Under the pieces are notes generated by a model that was not told where the DNA came from, did not search any database, and was given only the letters and a program-made list of their open reading frames with translations. The translations under genes were made by a program, and so were the position numbers. Positions 49,193-57,727 of a DNA stretch of 64,000 bases are shown one piece after another. The stretch is taken from positions 162,481 to 226,480 of IMG/VR virus record IMGVR_UViG_3300046323_000587, one strand, 5' to 3'. Position 1 is the stretch's first letter. Every line of letters begins with the position of its first letter.

Positions 49193-49236
49193 ATACGTAA
49201 TGAAATTGTTTAATAACGTTTCATTACGTATTTTTT
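49193..49236 (+). terminator. Intrinsic terminator
   Basis: ATACGTAATGAAA/TTTCATTACGTAT 13 bp + T-run. Confidence 0.7.
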
Positions 49237-49239
49237 CTT

Positions 49240-49336
49240 AACATAGTTCTAGCCTTTGCTATGTTATTATAATTGCCTGATGAGAGCTAGACGAAACAGT
49301 ATTAGAAGTAGTTACTCTAATAGATTATGGTCGCAA
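49240..49336 (+). ncRNA. Type I hammerhead ribozyme with minimal stem II and pseudoknot
   Basis: Stem I TTGC/GCAA, core CTGATGA (49277) and GAAAC (49293), GTC cleavage triplet (49330-32), loop II GCTAGA pairs with upstream TCTAGC (49248-53). Confidence 0.75.
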
Positions 49337-49352
49337 ACTAAATTTTATTTTT

Positions 49353-49514
49353 ATGTCAGCATTACAAACAAAAGTAATAGAAAAAGTGTTACAAACATTA
49401 ATTTCTAATGGAACTCTTACAGGAGCTAATTTGCTTTCTGTTTTAATTCAAGGAGAACTAAATCAAGAAAAATTAGAAGATATTCTAAACAGATTTATTG
49501 ATTTAGAAAAATAA
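49353..49514 (+). CDS. 53-aa hypothetical protein directly after the hammerhead
   Basis: Not in track; MSALQTKVIEKVLQTLISNG...NRFIDLEK*, followed by terminator. Confidence 0.6.
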   Translation: MSALQTKVIEKVLQTLISNGTLTGANLLSVLIQGELNQEKLEDILNRFIDLEK

Positions 49515-49556
49515 TTTTCACATCTTCAAGACAAAGCTTAATGTCTATAAATAAGT

Positions 49557-49588
49557 AGCCTAGTACATCGTGTATTAGGCTTTTTTTT
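49557..49588 (+). terminator. Intrinsic terminator
   Basis: AGCCTAGTAC/GTATTAGGCT + T8. Confidence 0.75.
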
Positions 49589-49611
49589 CAAACTTTTTAT
49601 TTATCAAATTT

Positions 49612-50100
49612 ATGAAATCTCATATCTTAGAAACAAATTTTACGTCTGTATTAGGTGTTGTAGTAGAATCTGTCCAATTTTCAATCGAAGTTAGACAATT
49701 TGTTGCGCATATAGCAAAAGCACTGTTAAGTGAATTGAATTACGGTGATTATAAAGCTCGTGAAGCTGAATTAGGACGAGTTTATGCTAAAATTCAAGAT
49801 GTGTTTTATTTTTTTAATGTAAACACACATATTAATTCAATGCAAATACGTAACGCCATTCGTGTGTTAGATATGCGTATCAATCATTGTGAAAACTCTT
49901 TGAAAATAGGAGATTGGACAAAAGCAGACTCGCATCCACAACATTTTGAAGGTATTACAGAGAAGACTAGAGATAGTTATATTCGTAAAGACTTTGGTAT
50001 ATTTGCAACTCTCTATAATGGAAAAACTATGGAAGTAATGTTAGCTACAAGACAAATCCTTGTAGATTCATTAATTACAATAACACCAGAATTTGAGTAA
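49612..50100 (+). CDS. Hypothetical early protein
   Basis: 162-aa ORF. Confidence 0.65.
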   Translation: MKSHILETNFTSVLGVVVESVQFSIEVRQFVAHIAKALLSELNYGDYKAREAELGRVYAKIQDVFYFFNVNTHINSMQIRNAIRVLDMRINHCENSLKIGDWTKADSHPQHFEGITEKTRDSYIRKDFGIFATLYNGKTMEVMLATRQILVDSLITITPEFE

Positions 50101-50159
50101 TTTTCACCAAACCTATACAGTCTTTTATTAATGGATAATGTAGGTTTAAATTTGAATCA

Positions 50160-50393
50160 ATGAAACACCTCTTAATACTTCCAGTTCTTTTATTCTTATC
50201 ATTATTAGGAATAAATAAGTTCTCTATTTCCAATCCGCCATTATGGTTAATTAGTATTTTAACTAAGAATGTTGAAGGAGTGGGAAAGAGTGTATATTCT
50301 ATTGGTTTCTCAAAAGAACTGATGGAAATGTATGAAGTAGATGAGTATCAATTAGGTAATTGGTATGTGAGAATATTCTCAGAAATTGTTTAA
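50160..50393 (+). CDS. Small protein with N-terminal hydrophobic helix
   Basis: MKHLLILPVLLFLSLLG. Confidence 0.5.
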   Translation: MKHLLILPVLLFLSLLGINKFSISNPPLWLISILTKNVEGVGKSVYSIGFSKELMEMYEVDEYQLGNWYVRIFSEIV

Positions 50394-50456
50394 ACAACTT
50401 TCACCACTCAATTGAAGTTCTAGGTATCTTGTATTATAAAGATTCTAGTTTATAGA

Positions 50457-50795
50457 TTGAGTATAATTTTAAATCAAATGGCACAATCAGTTATTGAAGT
50501 TGTAACAAAAGTAGTAAGTCCAATTGAGCAAATTCTCTTGGCAATAATAAATTATAATTATCATTGCGACAGAAAAGTTCTATTGAAAGTAGTTCCAGAA
50601 TGTTGTTATCTATACGACAAAAAATCTGGTACAACTCAATTCGTAGAAGAGGTGATGAAAGCTGTTGAAACATTGGGAACACTAGATATTTCACAACAAC
50701 CAGAAGAAATTGGAGCAGTTGGTCAAGCTTACTTGATTGATATCAATGTTCTTTTAGGTCATTTTGGTTTTGCACAAGATGAACCAAATGATTAG
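50457..50795 (+). CDS. Hypothetical early protein (likely start ATG 50478)
   Basis: ORF followed by terminator hairpin. Confidence 0.6.
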   Translation: MSIILNQMAQSVIEVVTKVVSPIEQILLAIINYNYHCDRKVLLKVVPECCYLYDKKSGTTQFVEEVMKAVETLGTLDISQQPEEIGAVGQAYLIDINVLLGHFGFAQDEPND

Positions 50796-50846
50796 TAATA
50801 AAGAGGTGTAACAGCCTCTATTTTTTCACAATTAATTTTAAATCAA

Positions 50847-51227
50847 ATGTCAAAATCGCCAATAAGACTACTTCCAAAAGTAGAACTAGGTACAATAAAC
50901 TTTTGTTTTACTGCTCTTAATCACCTAAGAAGTCAAATTAAAGGACAACACCTTTGTATGACTAAATCAGGTAAACTTGAAAACCCGTTAGAAAATGAGT
51001 TGAATGGTAATCCTTGGTTATGTGAGCTTTCTTTAATTGAAGATGAGGATTTATTTAATTTTCTCTCTCAATTTAAACCGTTGATAGCTTCTCAAAAGAG
51101 GTCTGGTCAAAAGAATTATCCACCAATGAGATGGTCATTACGTAATGGTTTAGCCGTGTATTCTTGGTTACCACTGAATAAAGAGCAAGAAGAGTGGTGT
51201 TTGAATGAAACTTTAAAAGGGGTGTAA
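50847..51227 (+). CDS. Hypothetical early protein
   Basis: 126-aa ORF followed by terminator hairpin. Confidence 0.6.
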   Translation: MSKSPIRLLPKVELGTINFCFTALNHLRSQIKGQHLCMTKSGKLENPLENELNGNPWLCELSLIEDEDLFNFLSQFKPLIASQKRSGQKNYPPMRWSLRNGLAVYSWLPLNKEQEEWCLNETLKGV

Positions 51228-51281
51228 TAGCCTTTATTTTTTTATTTAGTGACACCACTTTAAATTAATTCTTAAAGCAAT

Positions 51282-51349
51282 GCTCTTATAGTTTAATGGA
51301 AAAATCTCTGATTATTCAGATGTTCTTGGTTCGATTCCAGGTGAGAGCA
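51282..51349 (+). tRNA. tRNA-like gene with truncated anticodon loop (pseudo-tRNA)
   Basis: Acceptor GCTCTTA/TGAGAGC, D-arm TAGTTTAATGG, T-arm CTTGG-TTCGATT-CCAGG; anticodon stem TCTGA/TCAGA closes only TTAT. Confidence 0.7.
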
Positions 51350-51374
51350 ATAAACTTTTTAATACCCCAAAACT

Positions 51375-51683
51375 ATGAAAACTATTATCGCAAAAGTTCT
51401 GATTCCTTCATTTGAAGTTGCAGTCAATGAATATTTGAAACAGCCTGCTTTTGCTAATGATTTTGAGAGAGGTTTAGTTAGAGAAACTTTATCAGAAGTT
51501 TGGGAAGACAATTCTCATTCTTTTGCTAAATACGTTCCTAAACATTTATTACAACCTGAGACAACAGAAGTTGTTTTGGAAGATGTAACAAGAATCTGGC
51601 AAAATTATGTCAGAGTAATGTGGAAGGGTAAAGTAGAGAAAATTTGTGAAATCGATTCAATTGTGTCGTATATTCGCAAGTAG
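51375..51683 (+). CDS. Hypothetical early protein
   Basis: 102-aa ORF + terminator 51697-51725. Confidence 0.6.
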   Translation: MKTIIAKVLIPSFEVAVNEYLKQPAFANDFERGLVRETLSEVWEDNSHSFAKYVPKHLLQPETTEVVLEDVTRIWQNYVRVMWKGKVEKICEIDSIVSYIRK

Positions 51684-51756
51684 TCTTGATTATTAAACTC
51701 TATCATTGATTTGGTAGGGTTTTTTAATTTTAAATTAAAACTAAAAAATAATAAAT

Positions 51757-51945
51757 ATGAAACTATTCCCAATTTGTGAGTGTGATAATGAAGAAAAAGC
51801 AGTTAAAATAGCTTCTTTTTTTGTTAATAAAGGACTAATTTTCCATTATGTTTATACTGGAAATTCTAGTAAACCTTATTTGGTAATTTCAAATCAAGAA
51901 GGTTTAACTGCTTTTGAAAAATGGACTATGGAAAATACAAAATAA
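51757..51945 (+). CDS. Hypothetical early protein
   Basis: 62-aa ORF with A-rich leader. Confidence 0.55.
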   Translation: MKLFPICECDNEEKAVKIASFFVNKGLIFHYVYTGNSSKPYLVISNQEGLTAFEKWTMENTK

Positions 51946-52245
51946 GTCCTTTTCCTATTATTGAGTGCAAACTCTAATAGATTTTACTGGTTTTAGGAAA
52001 TCAGATAATAAAAAAATACGTAAAAAAAGATATTAAATACAATACTGTTTTATATAAGGCAATCGGTAAAAACATTTGGAAAAGATGTTCGATTTTCTCA
52101 AACAGAGATGTAGATAATTATATATACACGCGATTCTAAGCGTGTATATGTACTTATCGAAATACATTGAAATAAAGAAGTACATCTTTTTTTTGATAAA
52201 GATCTAAGGGCAAATGAAAAATAAAACTCACATAAATTTTTAACA

Positions 52246-53172
52246 TTATTGTTGTTTTATCATGGTGAACTTACCAGATTTGTATTTTATTAGGTTATTC
52301 TCTTTAAGGATATTCTCTAATAATTCTTTTCTGAAATAACTTTCACTCTTGTCTAGTCTTTTACAAAAAACATCAATAAAGTTTCCCATTGAAATAGGAA
52401 AAGTGATATCTATTAATATATCAAGATATTTTTGTTTCTTATTTTCCTCTGTTTCTTTGATATCAACTACTTTCTTAAACATAGTAGTCTGTTCATCAAA
52501 CTCTACAAAGAAATCAAAGCCTTTTCCCTCTCTTAATTTTGTAGACTTTATTTTATATTTATGTTTGTATTGTGCAATAGCTAATGAAGCAACACTTTTT
52601 TGTTCTAAGAATGAACCTAAGTGTCCTCTTGCTTTTGCATTAATGCCTGCGTCTTCGTTCTGATGAATTATTAATATTATAGAACAATTATAATCTTTTA
52701 TTATCTTATTTAATTCAGATAGTAGAGTGGTTGAGTTGCCTATATCATTAATATTTTCAATGAAATCTGCAAATTGGTCTATGATAATTAGATATGGTGG
52801 GAATTCTTTACAAGCACTATTCACTGAACCTAATTTATCAGGAGTATCCAAATCCCAAAACATTAATAAATCTTCTTTATCTTGACTTACTTGTTCTAAA
52901 ATCTTTAATAGTCTTTTTTGAAGATGATATTTAGACATTTCAGTAGAGAAATAAAGAATTTTTTTATCAGGAGGACAAGGTGTGTATGTTAATCCTAGAG
53001 TATCTTCACCATTAAGAAGACCTACTAACATATTCATTACTAGTCTAGATTTACCTGAACCTACTTCACCTTTTATTAAACAAAAAGAGTTAGAAGTCAA
53101 TATTTCAGATCCATCATTTTGAATTACAATAAGTGGTTGCATATAATTAGAATTTCTTGTTATGTGTTCCAT
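52246..53172 (-). CDS. AAA_25/RepA-like ATPase (helicase-like)
   Basis: Walker A GEVGSGKS, FSTEMS, Walker B LIIIDQFAD, IIHQN, RGHLGS. Confidence 0.8.
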   Translation of the reverse strand: MEHITRNSNYMQPLIVIQNDGSEILTSNSFCLIKGEVGSGKSRLVMNMLVGLLNGEDTLGLTYTPCPPDKKILYFSTEMSKYHLQKRLLKILEQVSQDKEDLLMFWDLDTPDKLGSVNSACKEFPPYLIIIDQFADFIENINDIGNSTTLLSELNKIIKDYNCSIILIIHQNEDAGINAKARGHLGSFLEQKSVASLAIAQYKHKYKIKSTKLREGKGFDFFVEFDEQTTMFKKVVDIKETEENKKQKYLDILIDITFPISMGNFIDVFCKRLDKSESYFRKELLENILKENNLIKYKSGKFTMIKQQ

Positions 53173-53217
53173 TGATTTGTTTTTAAATTAACACTGTTAC
53201 ATATATTTTATTAGGTA

Positions 53218-53225
53218 CAAATGTA
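53218..53225 (-). promoter_or_regulatory. Bacteroidota sigma-A -7 element (TACATTTG)
   Basis: TAnnTTTG upstream of the AAA gene, with TTTG ~22 nt further upstream. Confidence 0.55.
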
Positions 53226-53280
53226 ACATATTTTTTTAAGATAAAATCAAAATAATTGAAAGAAAAAATGAAAACAACAC

Positions 53281-53367
53281 AGTGTCCACAGCACTTTAAA
53301 ATAAATAGTCTCTGATGACTGTGGTGTTCCTGATGCTGGAACTTAATAGAAAAATAGCAAATAGACT
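53281..53367 (+). ncRNA. Degenerate/variant hammerhead-like element
   Basis: AGTCT/AGACT stem I, CTGATGA, CTGTGG pairing with upstream looped CCACAG; no clear stem III/NUH. Confidence 0.3.
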
Positions 53368-53403
53368 TTTAGTAAATCCCAAACCTTTTTAAATCCCCTT
53401 AAA

Positions 53404-53844
53404 ATGGATATCACAAATATCAAATCTCAAGCAATCCTTAATCATTTCTTTGGAACTCTTACACCTGATACAAAGGAAGTAATTGCAGTTCAAAATACTT
53501 TGTATAACAAAGGAGAAGAATCAATTGCAATGAGTATTGAACACGCAATTCAGTTCATTGAAGAAGATCAGCCAGAAGAGTTAACCTTCTTTAAAACTGA
53601 ATTAAAGACTTCTGATGAATGGTTGTATTGGTCAATAGAAGAAAAAGAAAACATTGGAAATTGGAAGCTATTATTTACAGATTCTATTTCTAAGAATGGA
53701 TTCTATGAATTCATTGCTGTAAATTCTGATTACGGTGCGGTATTTGGACATTTGAATGGAGAAATCTATTCAACTTCAAATGAAGCTATGAAGAACTTCT
53801 TTGAGAGTTATGTTCCAGTTCAAGTGGATTGGGATAGAGATTAG
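53404..53844 (+). CDS. Hypothetical acidic early protein
   Basis: 146-aa ORF. Confidence 0.65.
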   Translation: MDITNIKSQAILNHFFGTLTPDTKEVIAVQNTLYNKGEESIAMSIEHAIQFIEEDQPEELTFFKTELKTSDEWLYWSIEEKENIGNWKLLFTDSISKNGFYEFIAVNSDYGAVFGHLNGEIYSTSNEAMKNFFESYVPVQVDWDRD

Positions 53845-53859
53845 TTTTGATATATAAAA

Positions 53860-53900
53860 AGAATAACTTAGAAGAAGTATTGATCTAAGTTATTCTCTTT
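53860..53900. terminator. Bidirectional terminator between convergent genes
   Basis: AGAATAACTTAGA/TCTAAGTTATTCT with A- and T-runs. Confidence 0.65.
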
Positions 53901-53914
53901 TGACTTACTGTGCT

Positions 53915-54454
53915 TTAATTCTCTATAGAACCTTTATAAAAATATTTCGAATTAAGTTGAAATATATTTCTAGATTTAGATAGAAGTAATCCTTTCTTTA
54001 CAAGGTTAGATAAAGCATTATTAAGTGTTCCCAATTTAATGTTTAGTTTACTCGCTAATATTTGTTTAAATGTTTTAATTAAAGCAAATTCAGTATTAGT
54101 AGAATACATTAACAATAATTGGCAATATAGTTTTATCTCTGGCAAAGAAAGACTAGAAGAAAAGAGTTTTAGTAAATCAGATGTAAAGATATGTGAAGGA
54201 GATTCTATTTCAGTTAAGATATTCTCTACTGTTTCTTTTAAAGCCTCTGTTGCTTCAATATTAAACCATTCACCTCTAATTTTATTAGATTGAAAATGTT
54301 TATGAAGTATTGATTCTTCAATATAAGAACCTTCAATTGTAAATAATACTTCTAATTTCTCAGAAGAACCTGTTTGTAATTGTGATAGTCTTTTGGTAAT
54401 GTTCTCTGTTACACCTATTTTGATGTGATGAGAGTTGGAGATGAAGTATATCAT
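53915..54454 (-). CDS. GIY-YIG (T5orf172/MUG113-type) nuclease fused to RepL-like wHTH
   Basis: MIYFI...IKIGVT....RL..LQTG...E..LH..F....RGEWF; C-terminal TLNNALSNLVKKGLL...FQLNSKYFYKG; start moved to ATG 54454. Confidence 0.8.
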   Translation of the reverse strand: MIYFISNSHHIKIGVTENITKRLSQLQTGSSEKLEVLFTIEGSYIEESILHKHFQSNKIRGEWFNIEATEALKETVENILTEIESPSHIFTSDLLKLFSSSLSLPEIKLYCQLLLMYSTNTEFALIKTFKQILASKLNIKLGTLNNALSNLVKKGLLLSKSRNIFQLNSKYFYKGSIEN

Positions 54455-54484
54455 AGTAAATTTTATTATGTTAAACACTATATA

Positions 54485-54492
54485 CAAATATA
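54485..54492 (-). promoter_or_regulatory. Bacteroidota sigma-A -7 element (TATATTTG)
   Basis: Exact TAnnTTTG 31 nt upstream of GIY-YIG start. Confidence 0.55.
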
Positions 54493-54649
54493 TTAAATAT
54501 TTTTTAGTGTAACTAACAATTTAAAGTAATTCTTTGTTTTAAACTACCATACTAAGTTTCAAAGGCTTAGATACATTATAAATGTATAGTAGTGAGGAGA
54601 ACAAACACGTGTAAAATCAACTACACTTGGAATACAGACAAAAATCTGC

Positions 54650-54657
54650 TATCTTTG
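54650..54657 (+). promoter_or_regulatory. Bacteroidota sigma-A -7 element (TATCTTTG)
   Basis: TAnnTTTG with TTG ~20 nt upstream, 25 nt before start of 54682 gene. Confidence 0.55.
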
Positions 54658-54681
54658 TTTATAATTTAAAAAAAAATAAAA

Positions 54682-55521
54682 ATGAATATAAGTAAATTAA
54701 AGCCAGGAATGGTAATCAAGAATTACAAAGAATTATGTGAATTGTTAGAAGAGAAAGTGAAAAATGGTGCAGCTAAAGTGTATCAAATGAAATTATTTGA
54801 TACATTAGTAAAATATAAGAAAGTAAAATATAGTTTTCATATTGAAGAAATCTATAAAACACCCACCAAATTGCTGAATAAAAGAAACATATCTACAAAA
54901 AGATTTACAATTAAATCAAGATTTTCTAACTATAAATTATTTCTTTGTAACGAGTCCAACAAAGATTTATCTTGTAGATCAATAGAGAAAATCAAATTTA
55001 GATGTCAAAACTGTTTCGCTTTAATTAATAAAAAAATTTGTAATGTTTTAAGAAAAAGTGAACCTATTTGTAATAATTGTAAAGCAGAACTAAACTTAGC
55101 AAAATTGTCTATGTATGAAAGAAAAATATTTAACGAATTAAAATTATTTAATTTGTGTTTTGATAGAGAAGTTTTAATTGATGATCTTAAAACTTCTAAT
55201 GGAGCATATAGGTTCGATTTTGTAATATATAAAAACAAGATTCCTTATGTAATAGAATATGACGGAGAGTTTCACGATATAACAGAATCTATAAAAATAA
55301 ATGATTTAATAAAAACTAAATATTGTCAAGAAAAAGGAATAGAGTTATTAAGAATAAACTACAAAGAAAAACTTAATTGGAAATCAATATTATACGAATT
55401 TTTAGCTAAACATAACATTTGTAATATTGATAGTTTAGTAATCTCTTTGTCAGAAGAAAAAGAAAAATTATTAGAAAGAATAAAAGAAATTGAGTTTGTT
55501 TTAATAAAGTATAAAATGTGA
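54682..55521 (+). CDS. Putative homing endonuclease: Zn ribbon + DUF559/Vsr-like PD-(D/E)XK domain
   Basis: CQNC...CNNC; YRFDFVI, IEYDGEFH, ND..KTKYC..KGI.LLRI.Y. Confidence 0.8.
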   Translation: MNISKLKPGMVIKNYKELCELLEEKVKNGAAKVYQMKLFDTLVKYKKVKYSFHIEEIYKTPTKLLNKRNISTKRFTIKSRFSNYKLFLCNESNKDLSCRSIEKIKFRCQNCFALINKKICNVLRKSEPICNNCKAELNLAKLSMYERKIFNELKLFNLCFDREVLIDDLKTSNGAYRFDFVIYKNKIPYVIEYDGEFHDITESIKINDLIKTKYCQEKGIELLRINYKEKLNWKSILYEFLAKHNICNIDSLVISLSEEKEKLLERIKEIEFVLIKYKM

Positions 55522-56454
55522 AATAGCTGTAAAAAGTTGTTTCACAAAAAATTTATTGAAATCAAAAATACCCACACAAACAACACAATTCCAATAATTA
55601 TTCCATTCAAATGCACCCTAAATAAAGGAATTTTACTGAGAGATATCAAGAGAATGGTAAGAATATTAATTCCATAAAAATTAATTTTCAATTCTCTCTT
55701 CTCATCTACTTTTTGTAGAAAATGGATAGATATATTTATGACAAGTTCACCTAATAAAAACATTTCCCATTTTTTCCTCAATTCCACCAAATTTCTTCAA
55801 TTTTTCATAAGAAGGAGTAAGAAGTCTTAAAAAAGAATTAAGTAGTTTTAAGAAGAATTAAAAAAGAATTAAAAAAGGATTAAGTAAAAGAGTGTTAAGG
55901 ATTAAGAAGTATTAAGGAATATCGAAATAATATCGAAATAATATTGAAAAATTAGTTAAGAATTAAGAAGGATTAAGAAAAAGTAATTGAGATTGATGAT
56001 TAAATTAATTAATTTCTCTCTCTTAATATCTTATTTTATTCTATTCTAAAACAACTCTTTTCTGGAACAACTGGAAAAGCACTGAAAAGAAAAAAAGGGG
56101 AATTCATTTGATTTAGTTATTCATTTAACTCTTTATATTTTATTTAATCTAAGAAACCTCGATTCCAGACAAGAGGGTTCAAAAATCACGGCTCTTTTGG
56201 CTGGGATTTGATTTTTGAACCCGTTCAACAAATTAGGCGACAATCCAGATAAATTTCAAGATTTTTAATTCACAAGAATATTATTAGTGAAGAAAAAGTG
56301 AAAGAAAAAGAAATCCAAGAGAAATTTTTAAGAAGTATTTTTTAAGAAGTTCTCTTCTCTTATATACAGGTTGTATTTAATCCTCGTATGTAACTACCAA
56401 TAGATGTATTGGTGTAGCTTGTAAATGTTTTTTAAGGTCTAACAAGTGAAATAA

Positions 56455-56922
56455 ATGGATAGTGGTGCAAAGATGCTCAAACCAAAAATATGTAAAATTA
56501 TGTTACGACATAGAATAAATCTTTATGGTAGAAAAATTTCTGCTGTAAATGTTTTTGATAGATATTTTGTTCAAGGTAAACATTCTCAATGGTTCAAAGA
56601 CAACAATGAATGTGGATTTTTTGCTTCAGATGGGTTTAAAAATAAATATTTTGTTACACCTTACTCATCTATTAAAAAAGATGGAGATGTTTTAAATTAT
56701 TATTTATTTTTTGGATCTACATCAAGAAATGAAGAAGGAAGATTGATGTTTGCAAATTCCTCAAAAGAACTTTTAGCGTTAATTAAATTAGAAGCTTGGA
56801 AAGAGATAAAACAATTGATAGATGAAAAGAAAGCTATTGTAATGTTTTCTATTTATAATCATTGTGGAGAAACTACTAAAAAACATTTAAGAAAACATTT
56901 AAAAAAATATCTGACAAAATAG
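56455..56922 (+). CDS. Hypothetical protein
   Basis: 155-aa ORF. Confidence 0.55.
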   Translation: MDSGAKMLKPKICKIMLRHRINLYGRKISAVNVFDRYFVQGKHSQWFKDNNECGFFASDGFKNKYFVTPYSSIKKDGDVLNYYLFFGSTSRNEEGRLMFANSSKELLALIKLEAWKEIKQLIDEKKAIVMFSIYNHCGETTKKHLRKHLKKYLTK

Positions 56923-56957
56923 TTAGATATTTCTTTATATCTAGAATAGTTTAAACC

Positions 56958-57401
56958 TTGTACTATATTATAAACAAGGGCTTTTTGTTTAATGACAAAA
57001 TGAAAAAGTTGACAATTTTAAATCCTAAATTTATGCTAGTCACACCTGAAGTATTCAATGCTGCTGTAAAAGCTGCTTCACTATTAAATAGTTGCAATGG
57101 TGATTTTAATGTGTATTGTAATAACTTTTTAGTCAATCTTCCAACTAATCATAATTTAGACAGCAATACAAAAGCATCTTTAAGAGTTTCTTTCAATGAA
57201 GCTTTGTGGTATATCAAAACATTTCCTTTGTCAAAGATAACTCTTGGCGAATCTGGTTCTGTGAAAATTGATTTACAATCTCTTGAAGAGGTAAAACAAT
57301 ATTTAATGGAATTGCACGAAAGCCCAGATAGATATATCGATCAAAAGGAGTGTGAACAACATATTAGTTGCCTGGAAAAAGAAATCTCTAAACTTTCTTA
57401 G
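56958..57401 (+). CDS. Hypothetical protein (likely start ATG 57000)
   Basis: ORF in early operon. Confidence 0.6.
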   Translation: MYYIINKGFLFNDKMKKLTILNPKFMLVTPEVFNAAVKAASLLNSCNGDFNVYCNNFLVNLPTNHNLDSNTKASLRVSFNEALWYIKTFPLSKITLGESGSVKIDLQSLEEVKQYLMELHESPDRYIDQKECEQHISCLEKEISKLS

Positions 57402-57404
57402 AAG

Positions 57405-57488
57405 ATGAACTCATACCAACAACTTTTAGCTGAAATGCTGGAAGACCTAAGAGAAATGAATCGCTTATTAAAACAATTAGTAAAATAG
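57405..57488 (+). CDS. 27-aa amphipathic peptide
   Basis: MNSYQQLLAEMLEDLREMNRLLKQLVK*, 3 nt after upstream stop and before terminator 57514-57547. Confidence 0.4.
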   Translation: MNSYQQLLAEMLEDLREMNRLLKQLVK

Positions 57489-57576
57489 TTGTTGAAGTGA
57501 TTCAATTCTTTACAACACCATTTGATTAATTTCATTTGGTGTTTTTTATTCCTTTTTAATATCTTTTCTTTATATA

Positions 57577-57667
57577 GTCTGCACCTATATAATTATACTC
57601 AATTACTACCTTCACAGGCGTTTATATTCCTTATTAGCTTTGGATATAAATCGGAATAGGTGCAGAC
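57577..57667 (+). ncRNA. Structured leader RNA candidate upstream of OmpA-like gene
   Basis: Perfect 12-bp GTCTGCACCTAT/ATAGGTGCAGAC closing stem with two inner hairpins. Confidence 0.45.
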
Positions 57668-57727
57668 GAAATAATTTAGCTAATTATCAGTAAACCCATT
57701 TTAAAAAACTAAAAAACAAAACCCAAA

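Noticed and set aside
51282-51349. Ochre (UUA) suppressor tRNA
   Set aside because: TTA lies in a 4-nt loop that cannot present an anticodon normally, and TAA is the dominant stop codon here
55542-55790. 82-aa hydrophobic minus-strand ORF
   Set aside because: Lies in low-complexity DNA with a non-ATG start; hydrophobicity follows from T-richness; cannot be supported
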